A DNA stretch of 64,000 nt from Cenococcum geophilum (lineage: Eukaryota), in NCBI GenBank assembly GCA_050273025.1, contig CP158635.1:24800001-24864000 (forward strand). Direction: 5' to 3'. Position 1 is the stretch's first letter, and each line of letters begins with the position of its first letter. The translations under genes and the position numbers were made by a program. Of this stretch, positions 12,091 to 25,516 are shown in pieces. Under the pieces are notes generated by a model that was given only the letters and a program-made list of their open reading frames with translations, was not told the DNA's origin and did not search any database.

Positions 12091-13554
12091 CGTAGCCGAA
12101 ATAAGTGTCGGTTTGGGGCACGTGCGCACCTACCAAAATCATGCTTTACGATCATCGTTTACAACACCATAATATAGCCAAATTAATTTAATATTAAGTT
12201 ATCTGCCCGTTAGCCCTAATGCACTTATGCAGGCGCTTCGTATACCAGCTGTATATCTCTACAATCTTCTTCTAATCCACTTAATTCTCCCAAATATCTA
12301 TAAAACGCTTTAATGCTGTATCCTCCTCTTCTACGCGCTTTAAATGGAACTTCTTCTTAATAGGATAGGCTAAGGACTCCATAATTAATAGATCTGGTAA
12401 TAAACCAGGCAATATTAGAAGCTTTAAGTCCCATTCCTTTGCCTAGGCTAAAGACTCCCTTAATTTATGCGCTGAATCTGCATCCTAATATAAAGTAATT
12501 CCCTTAATATTAAACTTTAAAAGAAGCCATGGCAACACCTGCTTAGTGTAGGCTTTTAAGCTTATTTTGCCTACCTAGTTATCTACTTTATATAAGAAGA
12601 ACTTTTTCTAGGTCCTGCTAATAACAATAAAGACATTAAACAGTTTAAGATGCTTCTTCTCTTAGGCCTTCTCCTTTTTATCCTTTTTAGTAACTCCCTT
12701 CTTCTTATAAATATTCTGTGGCAAATAGTGGTAAAGATTACTACTCCTTCTTTTAATTTTATGGGTTTCTTCTGCACCTAAACTAAAGTAATATTTATTA
12801 TAAAAAGTAATATTATTCCAGTCCTTGGGATAGGGTCTTTCTTTTAGCTATAAATAGCACTAATTCTTCCTTTTATCTACCTGCTCTGGGTTAAGCCACT
12901 TCTCTTCCTCTATCTTTGCATTAATATATCCTTTATCCTCTTTTATAGCTCTTTAAATTAGCTTATTTTTAAGAGGTTAGCAACCTATTCTTTAAGTTAG
13001 AACCATTAAAAGATCTTTATAATTTAGGGCCTCTTAAATAATAGTCTGCTATAGGGCTAATTTTAAGTCTTAATTAAGATTAGGGTCGTCTAAATATACG
13101 GCAATAGCGTAGGTGTCTTCCTTTATAAGGGCTCGATTTCTCCCTCTTATTTTTAACCTAGAATTGTGTATAGTTCTGTATTACTTTAAGGCTATAATAT
13201 ATTACTAAGAGCGCTTAGTAATTCTAGTAGCCTACTATATAATAGCTAGAGGAATAGCCTTACCCAGTAATTGGCTAAAGATTTTGGCGTAGAGAACTCC
13301 TATACATAAAGGAGTCTTTAGATGCTTATTTTCCCCAGCGTTGTAGTATAATTCTAGGGGTGGGGTAAAGTGTTTAGCCCGTATCTTTTGGGATGCAGGC
13401 TCCTTAGTGACTTGGGTTATAATTAGTAATTGCACCAAACGAATTTAGGTGCGAAATGGTGGTGTCGTGAGGTTTGTTATGATTGAGGCATGCTTAGGGG
13501 CTTTGTTTGGGTGGGGCGTGTACGTGCCCCAAACCGACACTTATTTCGGCTACG
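12091..13554 (-). mobile_element. Tc1-like DNA transposon (1464 bp)
   Basis: TA TSD, TIR CGTAGCCGAAATAAGTGTCGGTTTGGGGCACGT. Minus-strand transposase remnants include (Q)DADSAH and LPGL(S)PDL(S)IMESL; ORFs 12583-12777 and 13235-13438. Confidence 0.9.
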
Positions 13555-14344
13555 TAGAGGCGATAAAAGTCTCTTAGGAATACCTAAAAATTTATAAAAA
13601 AACAAACAAATCTTATAGGGTAAAAACTTGCCCTAAGAGGGCTAAGAATACTATAGGAGGCTGTATAGAGTAAGCGGGATAGGAGTAAAAAATAACTTAT
13701 TATCTGTTTTCCTCCTTTATCCTATATACTATTAAGATTATCTAAAATAAAAATGTACGCAGAACGGTATATAGTGATAGTCACTCTTAGGTCTATTTTT
13801 TAACCCGCTAAGGTGCAATGCTAAGCTGCACTATACGCCAATATAAGAATAAGATTAGGCTGTTCTGTTTATAGGATTCCGTTCTACACGATAGGGCCCT
13901 ATTAAGAGGAATACTGGATAAAGCTTAACTTTAAGGACTTATAAATATATATACACAGAAATTACAGATTTAAATAACCTACGTCGCTATAGTTCTTATT
14001 ATAGTGGCCAAGAATTAGGTCAAACGAGAGCCTTTAATTGGCTAATCCTTATCAATAACTAAGAGCTAGAATTAGCGGGTTAAGGGATAATAAACTTCAG
14101 TTTGAAATACTTTTGCGAAAAGCGCCCTTTTAAAAGCGGCTGTTAAGCGCGGAGCACCTGCGATAAGCCTAATAAGAAAAGAACAAACTAAAGCCAATTA
14201 ACTAGTAGCGCGGAGACCCCTAGTTATGCACTAGAGAACCGGGGTTATTATATACAAAAAACTAATAAAGCATTCATTTCGCCCGGTTTACCCCTCTTAC
14301 TTTATCTTTTATCAATTTTATAAGACATTCCTTGCTGAGTAAAG

Positions 14345-17300
14345 ATGCAATCTATCGATTATATAAAAATATTCTATATTATCGAAGCACTGGGCAAGTC
14401 TAAGGACGCTTTTAAGCTTAACTATAACTCTAAGTATCTTGTTAAATCTAGTAAGCTGCCTAGAAAAAGGTTAAGAACTACCCGGTAGACGACCCTATTA
14501 TTTTAATATAGACGTAAATATATACTCGCCTTAACTTTAGACGCAGATTTCGACTACAGGCGTAGTGTTATCTAGGGTTCGGACAAAGAAAAGTCCGATA
14601 TTTAGATCAATATCGACAATAAAAGAGGAATTAGCGCCGTGTACTTTTGACTTTATTAGAATTGGTAGGCACCTTTACCAAATTGCCTGTTAATATTTAA
14701 TTGCTTAAGTAATGGTACCGTGGTTAATAACCATTTTCTTAACTGCGAAGAAAACCCCAGCTAGATGCTCGCTGTGTCTAGCCCAATAATTGTCGAGGCA
14801 GGTTATATCTAGCTTAAATTTAAAATTCCATCCTAGCGCCTAGCTGAGCAACAAACCGCATTCCTTAATTAATGGCAGAAATTTGTTAAATAAATATATA
14901 AATCCCCACTAACGCTTGACTATTTCACGCTAAAAGGCAGATTTCAGCCTATGCCGCCTTTTAGTAGTAATAAGAGAAACTTTAGTTAGATTGTAACAAA
15001 AGATCCAAATTATAATCTTAGATCGGTAGTAGAAGATACTAAAGAGGAAACGGAACCAGAATATAAACTGCCTGTAAGTTAGGCCATTAAAGGATATAGA
15101 AAGCCCGTGTTTGGAGTAATTTAATAGCATACCTATACGGTCTGGAAAGCCGCTAATTTTAGTAAACCCATAGGGTACTAAACTAATATTAATTAAACCC
15201 GCACTAAATTAATAATATAAATAATAACGCAAGTGCCGTGTAGACCTGGTAAGGAATTCAGATATTAAAAGTTCCCAATACTAACGATAAAGAGGTTAAT
15301 ACGCACATTAATAACTAGCCCCGACATTATACGGTCCTTAAGCGTATTAGAAAAGGCGTGTTTGCTAAAGTTTATATTATTACTAACATTGCAAGCGAAG
15401 TAAGATATGCGATTAAGAAAGTAGATAAAAGCAAGCCTAAGATACCGTAGAGGAAATTATATTAAGAAGTTGAGATATTAAAGATACTCTAACATCCTTA
15501 TCTTGTTAAGTACTTCGATTCCCAAGATGGTCCCGGCTATTTCAAAATCTTTATAGAATTTATTCCTTTTAGTGATCTTAAACAGTATACTAAGAATCGC
15601 GGCGGAATGCTTGCTAAAGAGGTTGCGAAGTTAGTGGTAAGCCAGATATTTAGTGCAGTTACCTTTATGCATAGGCACCATTGTATATACCGAGACTTAA
15701 AGCCTAAAAACATTCTAGTATATGCTAAGGATCCGCTCTATATAAAGGTGTCTGATCTTAGACTCTTAAAAATGCTAAATTAGCAAACCTCTGTATATGT
15801 ACTCTCCTTATATATATTAAAAGGTTCTATAAGGCTGAAATACTTCTAGTAACTTAACCTTCTACAGAACGCTAACTTACTATATACCGGAGGTTTTCCC
15901 TTAGACCAAAGGATTAGCGGGGTCAAAGCTAGTTAACTATTAAAAATACGGCCATCCTATTAATATCTAGTCTTTGGGTGTAAGTTTATGGAAAGTCATA
16001 GCTAGCAAACTACCTTTTTAACTCAAGTCCTGTTCAGCTAAAGCCGCGTTTTAGATACTGCTCTTGCCTTTAGGAGCGGCACCCTTAGGATCGTTAGGTA
16101 TTTTTTAGGATGCTATTAAGCTCTTAATAGGAATGCTTTAAGTTGATCCCTTACGTCGTCTGACTATAGAAGAGTGTTGGAGGAATAAATGGCTGTCTGA
16201 GGATTGTTCTATATATAGCGCATCTATACCTCCAAAATCCCCAATAGCTGATCTGAAGCGCCAGTAGGTTAAAAGACCTAACCTTAAGCGCACTTCTAAT
16301 CCGCAAACCGCCCGATAACCGTATAGCGACTAGGCCGTTATAGAGGATTTATTAGAATATGCTTGGATAACTTTAGAAGGAAAAGTTATATCTATATTTA
16401 AGCCGAACTGCTAGCTTAATATAACCCAGATTATCGCGCTAGCTAGCAAGAATAGCGCTTAACGTAAATACATCCTAGAGATTATAAAGAAGAACATAGA
16501 AGTTTAGATAGACGGAGTTAATTCGTGGGTACCTTTCTAAGACGGCTGGCTTCTTTATAAATACTTATAATTGACTAATAAACTTAAAGGCCTTTAGGAG
16601 TATAGGCGAAAGAAAGGGTTTAATCTTAGCAGTTATTAGACTAATTACTTTAATCCCAGCTATCTCATCATCAAGGATGGTGTGGTTTCTGTAACTATTT
16701 ATAGTGCGGACTTCTAGGTTAATGCGACTGATGTTTTTAAAACGGCTTATAAATATTGTTTTAAGCTATAACTATTCCAAAAGAGCATTTTTGGTAAATA
16801 TAACACCGTTATAGGTGGCGTGTTTTAGGGAATATATATAAGTGTTTAGACCGGACGCCAAATTCTTAATAAGCACGGTTTATATTGAATTAGAGGTCTT
16901 TTTAAAGAGTACTTAAGATAGCATAAATGGCAGCGAGAGAACTAGCCCTAGTTAGTTGTCGCCACTAAAGTATTAAATCTAGATAACGTTATTTCCTTAA
17001 ATTTAGGGCATTTTTAGCCCAAGGAACCGAAGTGCAAAACTATCTTTAATGCTGATCTAGACGATCTGCAGCCATTGTATTTAGCGAAGGGAGAACTATT
17101 AGGGGGTACCTTAGTAGCTTAAGTCTTATATTAAACTAACGTAGAATTAGATCTATGCGTTAAAGTTACGGCTATATCTACTTATATCTCTTATATATCC
17201 GAGCATATAGATAAGTCATTCCTCCCCTAGCTCTAAGGTTCGTTCTTATAAGAAGTTAAAACAAATATTTAGCCGCCAGTAACTAAGTACCCGGTAAACA

Positions 17301-17389
17301 GATTAAATAGTCTAGTAGAATACTATATCCTAGATACTAATAGCCCGTGCTTAAGCCAAATAAAATCACTAGATATATAGAAGTATTAA
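14345..17389 (+). pseudogene. FHA-like domain plus Ser/Thr kinase (CAMK/Chk2-like) plus two KilA-N/APSES-like domains
   Basis: FHA-like GSD..KSDI...GISAV(H)F...SNGTVV ~14575-14725. Kinase (G)KGVF..V, AIK, (H)RDLKP(E)NIL, SDL(G)L, TF(CG)TLTY(CA)PEV, (D)I(W)SLG ~15345-16200 with an intron ~15793-15849. KilA-N-like LNITQII...WVPF.DG and VNATDVF...GG.F(Q)G(T)YIS ~16355-16890. 3' end approximate. Confidence 0.8.
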
Positions 17390-17426
17390 AGGGAGTTTTT
17401 AGTTTTTTTTTTCGGGATTGCAAATA

Positions 17427-17568
17427 ACGTGATTAATGGGGTTTTGGCCGCTCCCTGGGTTATAACCGAAAATCAAAATTAGCCAAAACGCTGATTTGGT
17501 GGTAAATAACTAATAAAAGTTCAAATCGGTTATAACTTAGAGAGCGGCCAAAACCCCATTAACCACGT
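17427..17568. mobile_element. pogo-type MITE (142 bp)
   Basis: TA-flanked, ~43-bp TIRs ACGTGATTAATGGGGTTTTGGCCGCTC / GAGCGGCCAAAACCCCATTAACCACGT. Confidence 0.85.
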
Positions 17569-17787
17569 TAATGTATTATTGTTTATAGCTATAATTTACA
17601 TTCAAAATTTATCTATACGTTAAATACCAAATTATAGACCTTAACTCCTTTTAGGTAGAAAAGGATCCGCTTTTATTTTGTTAAAGAATATAAGGCGGAC
17701 GCGCTTAGGTCTTAGCTGTTACCTATTCTCTATTACCGTCAGCTATGGTATATATAGAATTAGTGTGACCAAGACGCCTTTTGCATA

Positions 17788-20284
17788 ATGTGGGTCACTA
17801 GGTTATAACGGTCCACCTAATTATAACGGAAATCTAACCGCATTGAGTTATGACGGAATACTAAAATACTGCCAAATGCTGATTTGCAGGCAAATCGCTA
17901 GTAAAAACCATCGCAAAGTATTATTTTATTATTAAACCTGAATAAAGCCTTAAATATATATAGGAGAGAGTCTATATCGACTTTTTACAGTATATTAGGC
18001 AGCTGATTGCTTAGAAGGCCTATATAACCGCGAGTTAGCGGATTAAAGTCCTTATCTAAGGCCTCTTCGTCGCTTAAGGCGCTGTCTTCCTTATCATCTT
18101 CCTTATTAGGCAGCTCGTCTGGTTAAGTAGCTGCCTTCTTAATCCTCTTTAAGGCTGCAATAAGTTCCTTATAGTGTACTAAAGTAGTAGAGGCAGCATT
18201 AAGTAATACCTTAGCTTGTTCTTAAAGCTGTTCAGTAGTAGCTTACGTAGATATTATATCTTTAGCTGCCTAAATTACTGCTTATAGAGCGTCCTCAGTG
18301 AGCTTCTTTTTATATATACTGGATGTAGTCTAAGAGGCCTTTTATGCCTTCTTTACTACTTTTCTAGCCTTACTAGCCTCCCTCTAGTGTTAATTAGTAA
18401 CCTTCTTAAGCTTTATAACAGTAATGTAAGCCTTCTTCTTAACTCTAACTTGCTCCTTGGTAGTTATAGCAGCAGCTTAGCAGTCTCTTTTAGCTTACTC
18501 TCGCGCAACCTTGGCGTTTTTTTTAAGCTCCTTAGTAGCCTCTTTAGCAGTAACAACTGCCCTTATTGTCTTAGTAGTAAGCACTAATTCGCAAGAGAGT
18601 ATAGTACGCTTCCTCTACTTCCTCTTATTCCTCTCCGCAGTATAGTTATAAAGGTTAGTAGCTTTAACCTCTATTAACTCTATACCCTCCTTTAATAATT
18701 ATAGCCGCCTTATTAGCTTCTTAACGACGATCTTAGCCGCCTTAGGCGTAGTTTCGGAGTAAAGAATTGTGTGGGCGTATTAAGCTTGATTAGTATAAGT
18801 TTAGGGCGTACGAGGATATAGAGGGGAGGATAGAAGCGTTACTGGTATATTTAGAGGTGGTGTAGATAGTTAATTAGATAAAGGCTGCCTAGTGTAGCGC
18901 CTTAGCGCTTATTTAGGGTTAAGAGGTAGGAGACCTACAGCTTTAAAAGCGCTGTTAATCAACTCGGTAGTATAGACTTAAGGCCAAATCTTATCAATAA
19001 TCTTTAGAAGGTACTCCTTATTAATACCGGTAATTCCATTTAATATATATTTATCAACTTTTGCCGAATATAGACGCTTAAGGACTGAAAATATAACCAA
19101 ATCGAGAGGCTGGAGGAGGTGGGTAGAGTGCGGTGGTAAGCAAATTGGAATAATCTTATGCAACTAGCAGAACTTAACAAACTTAAGATTGACATGGCTA
19201 CTATGGCCGTCTATAATAAGAAGTCGATAGCTATAGTATTAAGAGTCTTCCTAATTATTTCGACTCGCCTGCTATACCTCTAGTCGCCAAGTGTGTTGCT
19301 TAAAGTGTCGCAGCTAGGCTATACCGAGTTGCCGATTTAACTAGCCATTTTCGCTTATTCTGATCGCATAGTCGCCTACAGCTTCTACAGCTTCCTGCCA
19401 TAGACTTTCTGTATATTAGTGTCCCTTAAAAATGAAGAATAGTGGTATAATTTGGCCATATATACCAATCGAGTCGATCTATAACACCTACTCTCTAGAG
19501 CCGTCAACCGTCTTAAAATTGGTAATATTGCCTCATAGTACGACTACTTTTAGCACTATAAGCAAAGCCTATAGCATAGCCAGTCTCATCCATATTCCAA
19601 ATATCTAATTCGGCGACGTTATACTAAGTCTTAGCGTCGGTATAGTTGTTAAAGAACTGCTGCACATGGCTAGGATTGTTGGTAGTAAGGGCTCGTTCCA
19701 TATCAAGCGAGCGTATATAGTAAGTACGTAGTTCTTCCTGCCGTTTTAGAAACTTATATACCCAATTTTCGCCTAGAGGATTGAGTAAAAGGTAGCGTAG
19801 AAGGTGGGTATATTCGCGCTGCAGTATAAGGCTAGAAAAGGCTTAAATAACGCGATATTAATATGGAAACCCAGCTTTAGCAAGATATATATAATGTTAA
19901 ACTATCGCATCCTCACTAGCGGGAGATATACGATATTGGTTGGTGTGGGCGACTTTATGAGACCTTTGCTTTCCATTAAGGCGACGGCGAAATGTATTCG
20001 GATTAATTTCGTATACAGCTGCACAGGCTTCTTTACTTTTATTAGCCCAAATTCCAGGCCTTAGTAGCTAGCTGTATTTTCTCTTCTGTATTAGGAGCTT
20101 GAGGCCAACGAGATATAGTTAATAGGGTCGATAATAAGGTTAATAGATAAGGAGGTTTAAAAAGTTTATAAGGCTACTAATATTTTCGGCAGAATACCGA
20201 AATAGGAAACCGCTTTTCCTAATTAGACAGGCGGTCAGATTTCCGTCATAACTAGGTAGACCGTCATAACCCAGTGACCAACGT
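17788..20284 (-). mobile_element. Fot1/pogo DNA transposon (2497 bp), DDE_1 transposase
   Basis: TA TSD, ~50-bp TIRs with internal GTTATGACGG-type repeats; motifs IWNMDETG, LLI(V)DGHSSH and CLPPHSTHLLQPLD (ORF 18978-19163). Confidence 0.92.
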
Positions 20285-21287
20285 TAGCGTTATATTCGCG
20301 TTTTGGCGGCCGCAAGGGAGGCGTAGTTAAGGGGGAGAAGGGGAGAAGGGGCAACTAAAAAGGTCCTTACGTGTAGCCACAGCCGTTCGCTATAGGTACT
20401 AGGCTATATACAGCTAGTGGCAATTAGGCGAGATTGGATGCGCATAGCGAATTTGAAATCTCGCAGCGCTCGCTAAAAGGGAGTGAAGCTAGTCGCTGCG
20501 ATTTTGGGTGGAAAAGGCGCAGAAATATTCGTCAGGCGATTGCCCCTTAGCTTATAATAAACTTTAACTAGTCAATCTTAAACAAAGGATCGACCTCTAT
20601 GGCGCTTAATTTTTGCCATATAACCGGGAACTATTGGATGAGAGTGTATAGGCTAGTGGTTGATGCGCAGGGGGAAATTAAAGGTTGATTGGCTGTGAAG
20701 AGATAGGAAATATCTGCTATAAGTTCAACTTAACTAGCGTCCGATGCTTAGTTTCACCAAAAAAGCAGGTCGTTTTAGTATTTATATAAGCCGCTTAGGG
20801 GATACGGCAATATCTATAAAATCTATCACGTTTAATTAAGGGTCCGAAGATTACCCATAAGCTAAATAGAACGGCGCGAATCTAATACTTAATCGGAATT
20901 TTACGTTTAAAAGCAGCTTTCTACCTTTTAGACTTTAGTTTCTACGCGATCTAAGCCTTCGCTCTCTTTAGTGCTCTTATATAAAGGATTTTTGAACTTC
21001 AACTTACTAGCAGTAGCCGACTCTTTACTAGTTGCCGCAAGCGCAAATAGAAGTGTAATAAAAACAGACTATGCCAATTTTATAAAGACAACAAGTATAA
21101 ATACGCAGGACGTTCCTCCGCCTAAATAAGAGATATAGTTATTATACATTACACAGGCGCTAATAATGTATAAACAAGACCAAACAATAATGTAAGTATT
21201 AGACGGCCTTAGGAGTATAGCTAATAAAGTTAACAGTCTTATCTTTTATATTAAAAATCGAAAGAAGGCTTCTAAAATATAAACCGT

Positions 21288-21990
21288 CTATTACATACTG
21301 ACTACCTTTATCTTCTTTTCCTTTGCCTCTAGAACTAAACGTACCCTTTCCTCTACTTCTTGAAGAGCTTATAGTGGCTCCTTCTTATACTTTAGCTGGA
21401 AGCCCTAGATCTCAGCCGGCAAGAGTTTGCCTTTGGGAATATAATTAGCGAAAGTCTTAGCTAGTGCCCTCAGCTTCTTAAGATCTATAGTGCCGGCCAT
21501 GGCCGGGTCGCTAGAGAGATAGTTATAAGCCAATTAGTCCCCTCCGCTAACTCCGTTAACCCCGTTAATATCATTAATATTATTAATATTATTAATCCCA
21601 TTAACCGCGTTTACCATCTTCGCTAACCCGTTAAGGCTACTATTTAAAGTAGACTTAAGCACGCTATTTATTAAACCGGACCTGCTTATATATAGATAAA
21701 GATGTCTCAAATCAGGTTACGTATCGCGAGCGTAAACTCAACCTATATATCGACTCTGCTAGGGCAGATAAGGGCTTCGTCTAAATTCTCTAAATGGTTC
21801 GTTGTTATAATAAGGACTCTACCCTTATAAGTAGCGACGCCGTTAATGGCGTTAAATAGACCACAAAGCAAAACACCCTGTTTTACATCGTCGTTTTACT
21901 TATCTTTACAGTTCGCGGACTTAATCGCTTTAGCTCCTAGCTTAGGTACCCCTAGAGTAACCGCACTAATAACACCGCCGGTACTCTCAC
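21288..21990 (-). pseudogene. C-terminal half of a BCS1-like AAA ATPase
   Basis: GLFNAI(D)GVA..(E)GRVLI(M)TTNH.ENLDEALI(R)P(G)RVD...PAEI(Q)GF..K(H)KKEP; no Walker A or B present. Confidence 0.8.
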
Positions 21991-22084
21991 TATTAATACA
22001 AAAGCGGTGATGTATTTAAGTAGTTGTGTTTTTAAAGGGGGTCTTTCCCTCGCACTTTGGATGCTGGCAACGAAATTTTTCCGG

Positions 22085-23940
22085 CTATTTTGTATGCTTC
22101 CTCTTTAGCCTTTTAAGTAATGCTCGGCCCTTTACCACTTAAGAGACCGAGGTATCTATAGTGTCCGTTTGCGGAATAATAGGCGTCAGCTTACTGTTAC
22201 CTTAGTTTAAAGCAGATTTAACATTTAGAGCTTCTAAGAGAGGAGCGCTAATTTCTTGCGATAGTCCTAACGCCTCCGTAGGTTGTAATTTAAATTCCTA
22301 AAGAACCTCGAAATTTAAATTAAGGGGCAGCCGGTTAATAACTAAGCAGATATGTTTAAGGTGGGTCCGCATCTAAACATTATATATATTCTTTATAAAC
22401 TTATAAGTAGACCATTTTTCTTTACCATCTAGTTCCGTAAAGCTAAAATCACAAATAGGGTGGTGGTAGAACCTAGTCTCGTCCCTATCAATTATAGGAT
22501 AATGTCCGTAGATCCTTACCGCCTAGTAGTTATGCGAGATTAAGAAGGCGAGGATCTCCCGGTAGAGCTCCTTCTCCCACTTAATAAGTTGGAAGAGCTC
22601 GACAATAGCCCTTATGGCAAGAGTTATGCTATAAGCGTTCTGTCGATCTGCAATATTAAGCGCTATAGCACCGCACTTCACTTCGCACGTAAGAAACGGA
22701 AAGTACATTTGGTAGGTTACGACGAAAAAAGAGGTATTATAAATGGTGCCGATGAGGGGATTGAGCTTATTAAGCTGCTTATTTATAAACGCGGATCGCC
22801 TAAACCTAATAGAGTAATCCGGTTATAGCCGTGGGCTCTTTACTAGAATGCTACCTGTCTAGCCTTTATTGATATTCTTAATTAAGCACCTTAATTATAT
22901 AGCACCTAATGTCTCCAAATCCTTAACTAATGGCATAATATACTGGGTAATGCTGCGGATAACTTAAGCCTCGTTCCTATCCTATACTTTGTAATATATT
23001 GCCTTAAATATATCGTCTTAAAATAGAGAGTCTTTCGGGACCATCTGCTCCGAGTTTAATAATGTCTTACACTAGGTTAGGCTCGTGTTTATAGTGCCTA
23101 AATTAGACTTCTCTATATAACTCCCTTTAGCTATAAGTAATATAGTATAACGTGTATTTTAATATAGAGCACTCTTGCTTTCCCTTTTCTTCTAGTTGCT
23201 AGAGCCACTTAAGCTTATATCTAACTGTTTTCGGCTAAGTAAGGTTAGAACTTTTTTAATAGGACGCGGGTATTTTATCCTATTAACTTCTATATACTAG
23301 ATAGCTGGGTTTAATAACTGCTCCATTTATTCCTCTAGCCAGCTATTATATTTAAAAAAGTCTTCTCTAGCCTAGCTATTTTGTTTAAAGTATTTACTAG
23401 GCCACCAATTAGTCTGAATCTAACTCTTAAGCGGATTAGCGTTATTCTTACCGTTGTCGCTCTCCGCCCCCTTCTTTGGTTCTCCTTCGGCCATATAGGT
23501 TAGAGGGGAGCTTTAAGGTCGCTTTAAGGGAGGCCGGTCTTTAGTTTAAGAGGAGAAATATCTAGCTTCTTATCCTTATTTGCGTTTCTAATGGAGCTTT
23601 AAGGGTTTATAGAGAACCTATAGGCGTTATAGTACCTTAATTAGGTCAGCGAGATAAAATAGCAAAAGGAGTGACGGAGGCACACACTATTCCCTCCTCC
23701 ACAACTTTTCCTGTTTTAGCCCTTCTATCCTCACTTATTTGGAACCGTAAAATGCCTTTAAGGCGTACACTTCTTCGGACTTATTATAGTTCTTCTTTCT
23801 TAATACCTTAAGGCCGCTTTTCTGTAAAGGATTAGATTGGATAGCTACCGTAAACTAGTAAAGGGAGCGCACCTTTATCTTATTGCGCTAAAGACCGTTA
23901 TCTTCTTTAGGCGCCTATAGGTTCTCAGCGGCTGGCTATA
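22085..23940 (-). pseudogene. Fungal DUF7924-like protein (putative PD-(D/E)XK nuclease-like fold); start approximate
   Basis: (Q)PDYS.(G)F...MYFPFLTCEVKCGAIAL(D)IADRQNA(H)S...AF(S)ISH(D)..AVRIYGHYP (ORF 22523-22708). Family name recalled from motifs, not searched. Confidence 0.7.
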
Positions 23941-24149
23941 GTTAATAAAATTAAAGGGGCCTATAGCTTGTTTATATAGCCGCTAGGTTTAAATGGCTAA
24001 GCCGGTAAGACGCCCCTATACGCTAGACTATAATCAGTTAAACTAATTATGGATTTATTTCTAATTATATATTTAGACTACTATAACTTTTAACATTACT
24101 AGTACTAAGGCCGCTTTTAATAATATAACTCTAAGATAAATAATAACGC

Positions 24150-25289
24150 CATGGAATAGAGTAAGAGAGATATTATATACGCTTTTAGGCGATTATACAG
24201 AGGCCTAACCCCCTCTTTCTTTAAGAAGTATATACTCGCTTAGTAAGCTATAGCTGCTTTACCTAGTCTCTAATCCTTAGTAAAATTAGTATAATTATAG
24301 CAATCTTAGCTAATGGCTCTGTAAGTTTACGTTAAGCTATGCTAAGGGAATAAGGTATTATTTGTAGAGTTATTAATGCCTAACTCCGGTAGGTCTATCT
24401 ACCTCTCTATATTACCTCCACTAGTTAAGTTAATTAGGACCCTAAGACTTTACGCAAATCTACCTCGCGTTGCTTAGGAGGTGAAGATTACATCTTCTAG
24501 ATCGTGCTGTTTGGATTTATTTATCCCTAAAACCTACGCTATGTAACCTTGACCGACCTCTCGCAATTTAATCTAGGCTCTAAGCCTTTATAGAAGCAAA
24601 ATTGGCGCTATATACCTAGCTAGGATCACAACAGCCTAACCCTCCGGATATCCCTTCTCCGACGCTAAATCCTAGTCTTTATATATCTTTTGGCCTAATA
24701 TAACTTAAGCCTTTTACCTGCCTTAAAGCTACGCCATAATAGCTCTTAGTTCCTCCGAGCCTACGTCCCTAGGGGGATATATAAAAATGCCTCCTTTTAG
24801 TTATAGGAAACCGAGTTTGGTTCCCTAAGATAGATAACTAACATTATCTAATCTAGTCCCCTATCCTCTAGGAAACCCTATTCGCATAAACTAATCTAGT
24901 TAGTCTATAACTATATAAATCTGCTCCGCTAGGCTAATCTATAGGATATTTAATAGTGCTTATATAAATCTATATCGCGCTTAACCAGTTTTACAGCCTT
25001 TATCTTAGTAAGCTAACTTTATAGAATCTGCCTGGCTAGTAATGATAAGCCTAACTCTAATCCTTATAGTCTTAGTAAGGGTATCTTGTATAAGCCCGCG
25101 TCTAGCCAATTATAATTACTTCTTTAGACTAGGCTATTAGTTAGTCTTGACGTAGTTTTTGCTATCGGATCTATTCCACTTAACAGTATACCTAGATTAG
25201 AGTTGTCTAGCCTAACTTCCTATTTACAACCTAAATAAGGGAGAATCTAGGACTTTAAGACATTGGCCTAGCGTTTGCGTTACTAGATC
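24150..25289 (+). pseudogene. Unknown gene interrupted by Gypsy B; continues 31275-~31437
   Basis: Protein-like frame through RIP stops, a GTAAGT...CTAAC...TAG intron ~24321-24391, and frame continuity across the TSD (RLRY(W)I|HF(M)CASLV). Confidence 0.4.
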
Positions 25290-25516
25290 TGTTACGGTAC
25301 TGGCAGAACTTGGCAGAACTACGCACCGGCAAGTTGCTACAGATTGCCGTATATTGCGGTCACGTGACGTAAAGATCGTATATAGCTTCGAGCGGCGCTC
25401 CCCTTCTTCTCCTTTCCTTTCTTTAGCTTTAGATTCTCGTTTATAGACAATCCAATTATATAGGCTTGCACGTCCCTTATACCGTGCTCATGCCTTAATT
25501 AACTAAGTCGCTAATA
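25290..25516 (+). repeat. 5' LTR Gypsy B
   Basis: Direct repeat of 31043-31269, differing by transitions. Confidence 0.95.
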
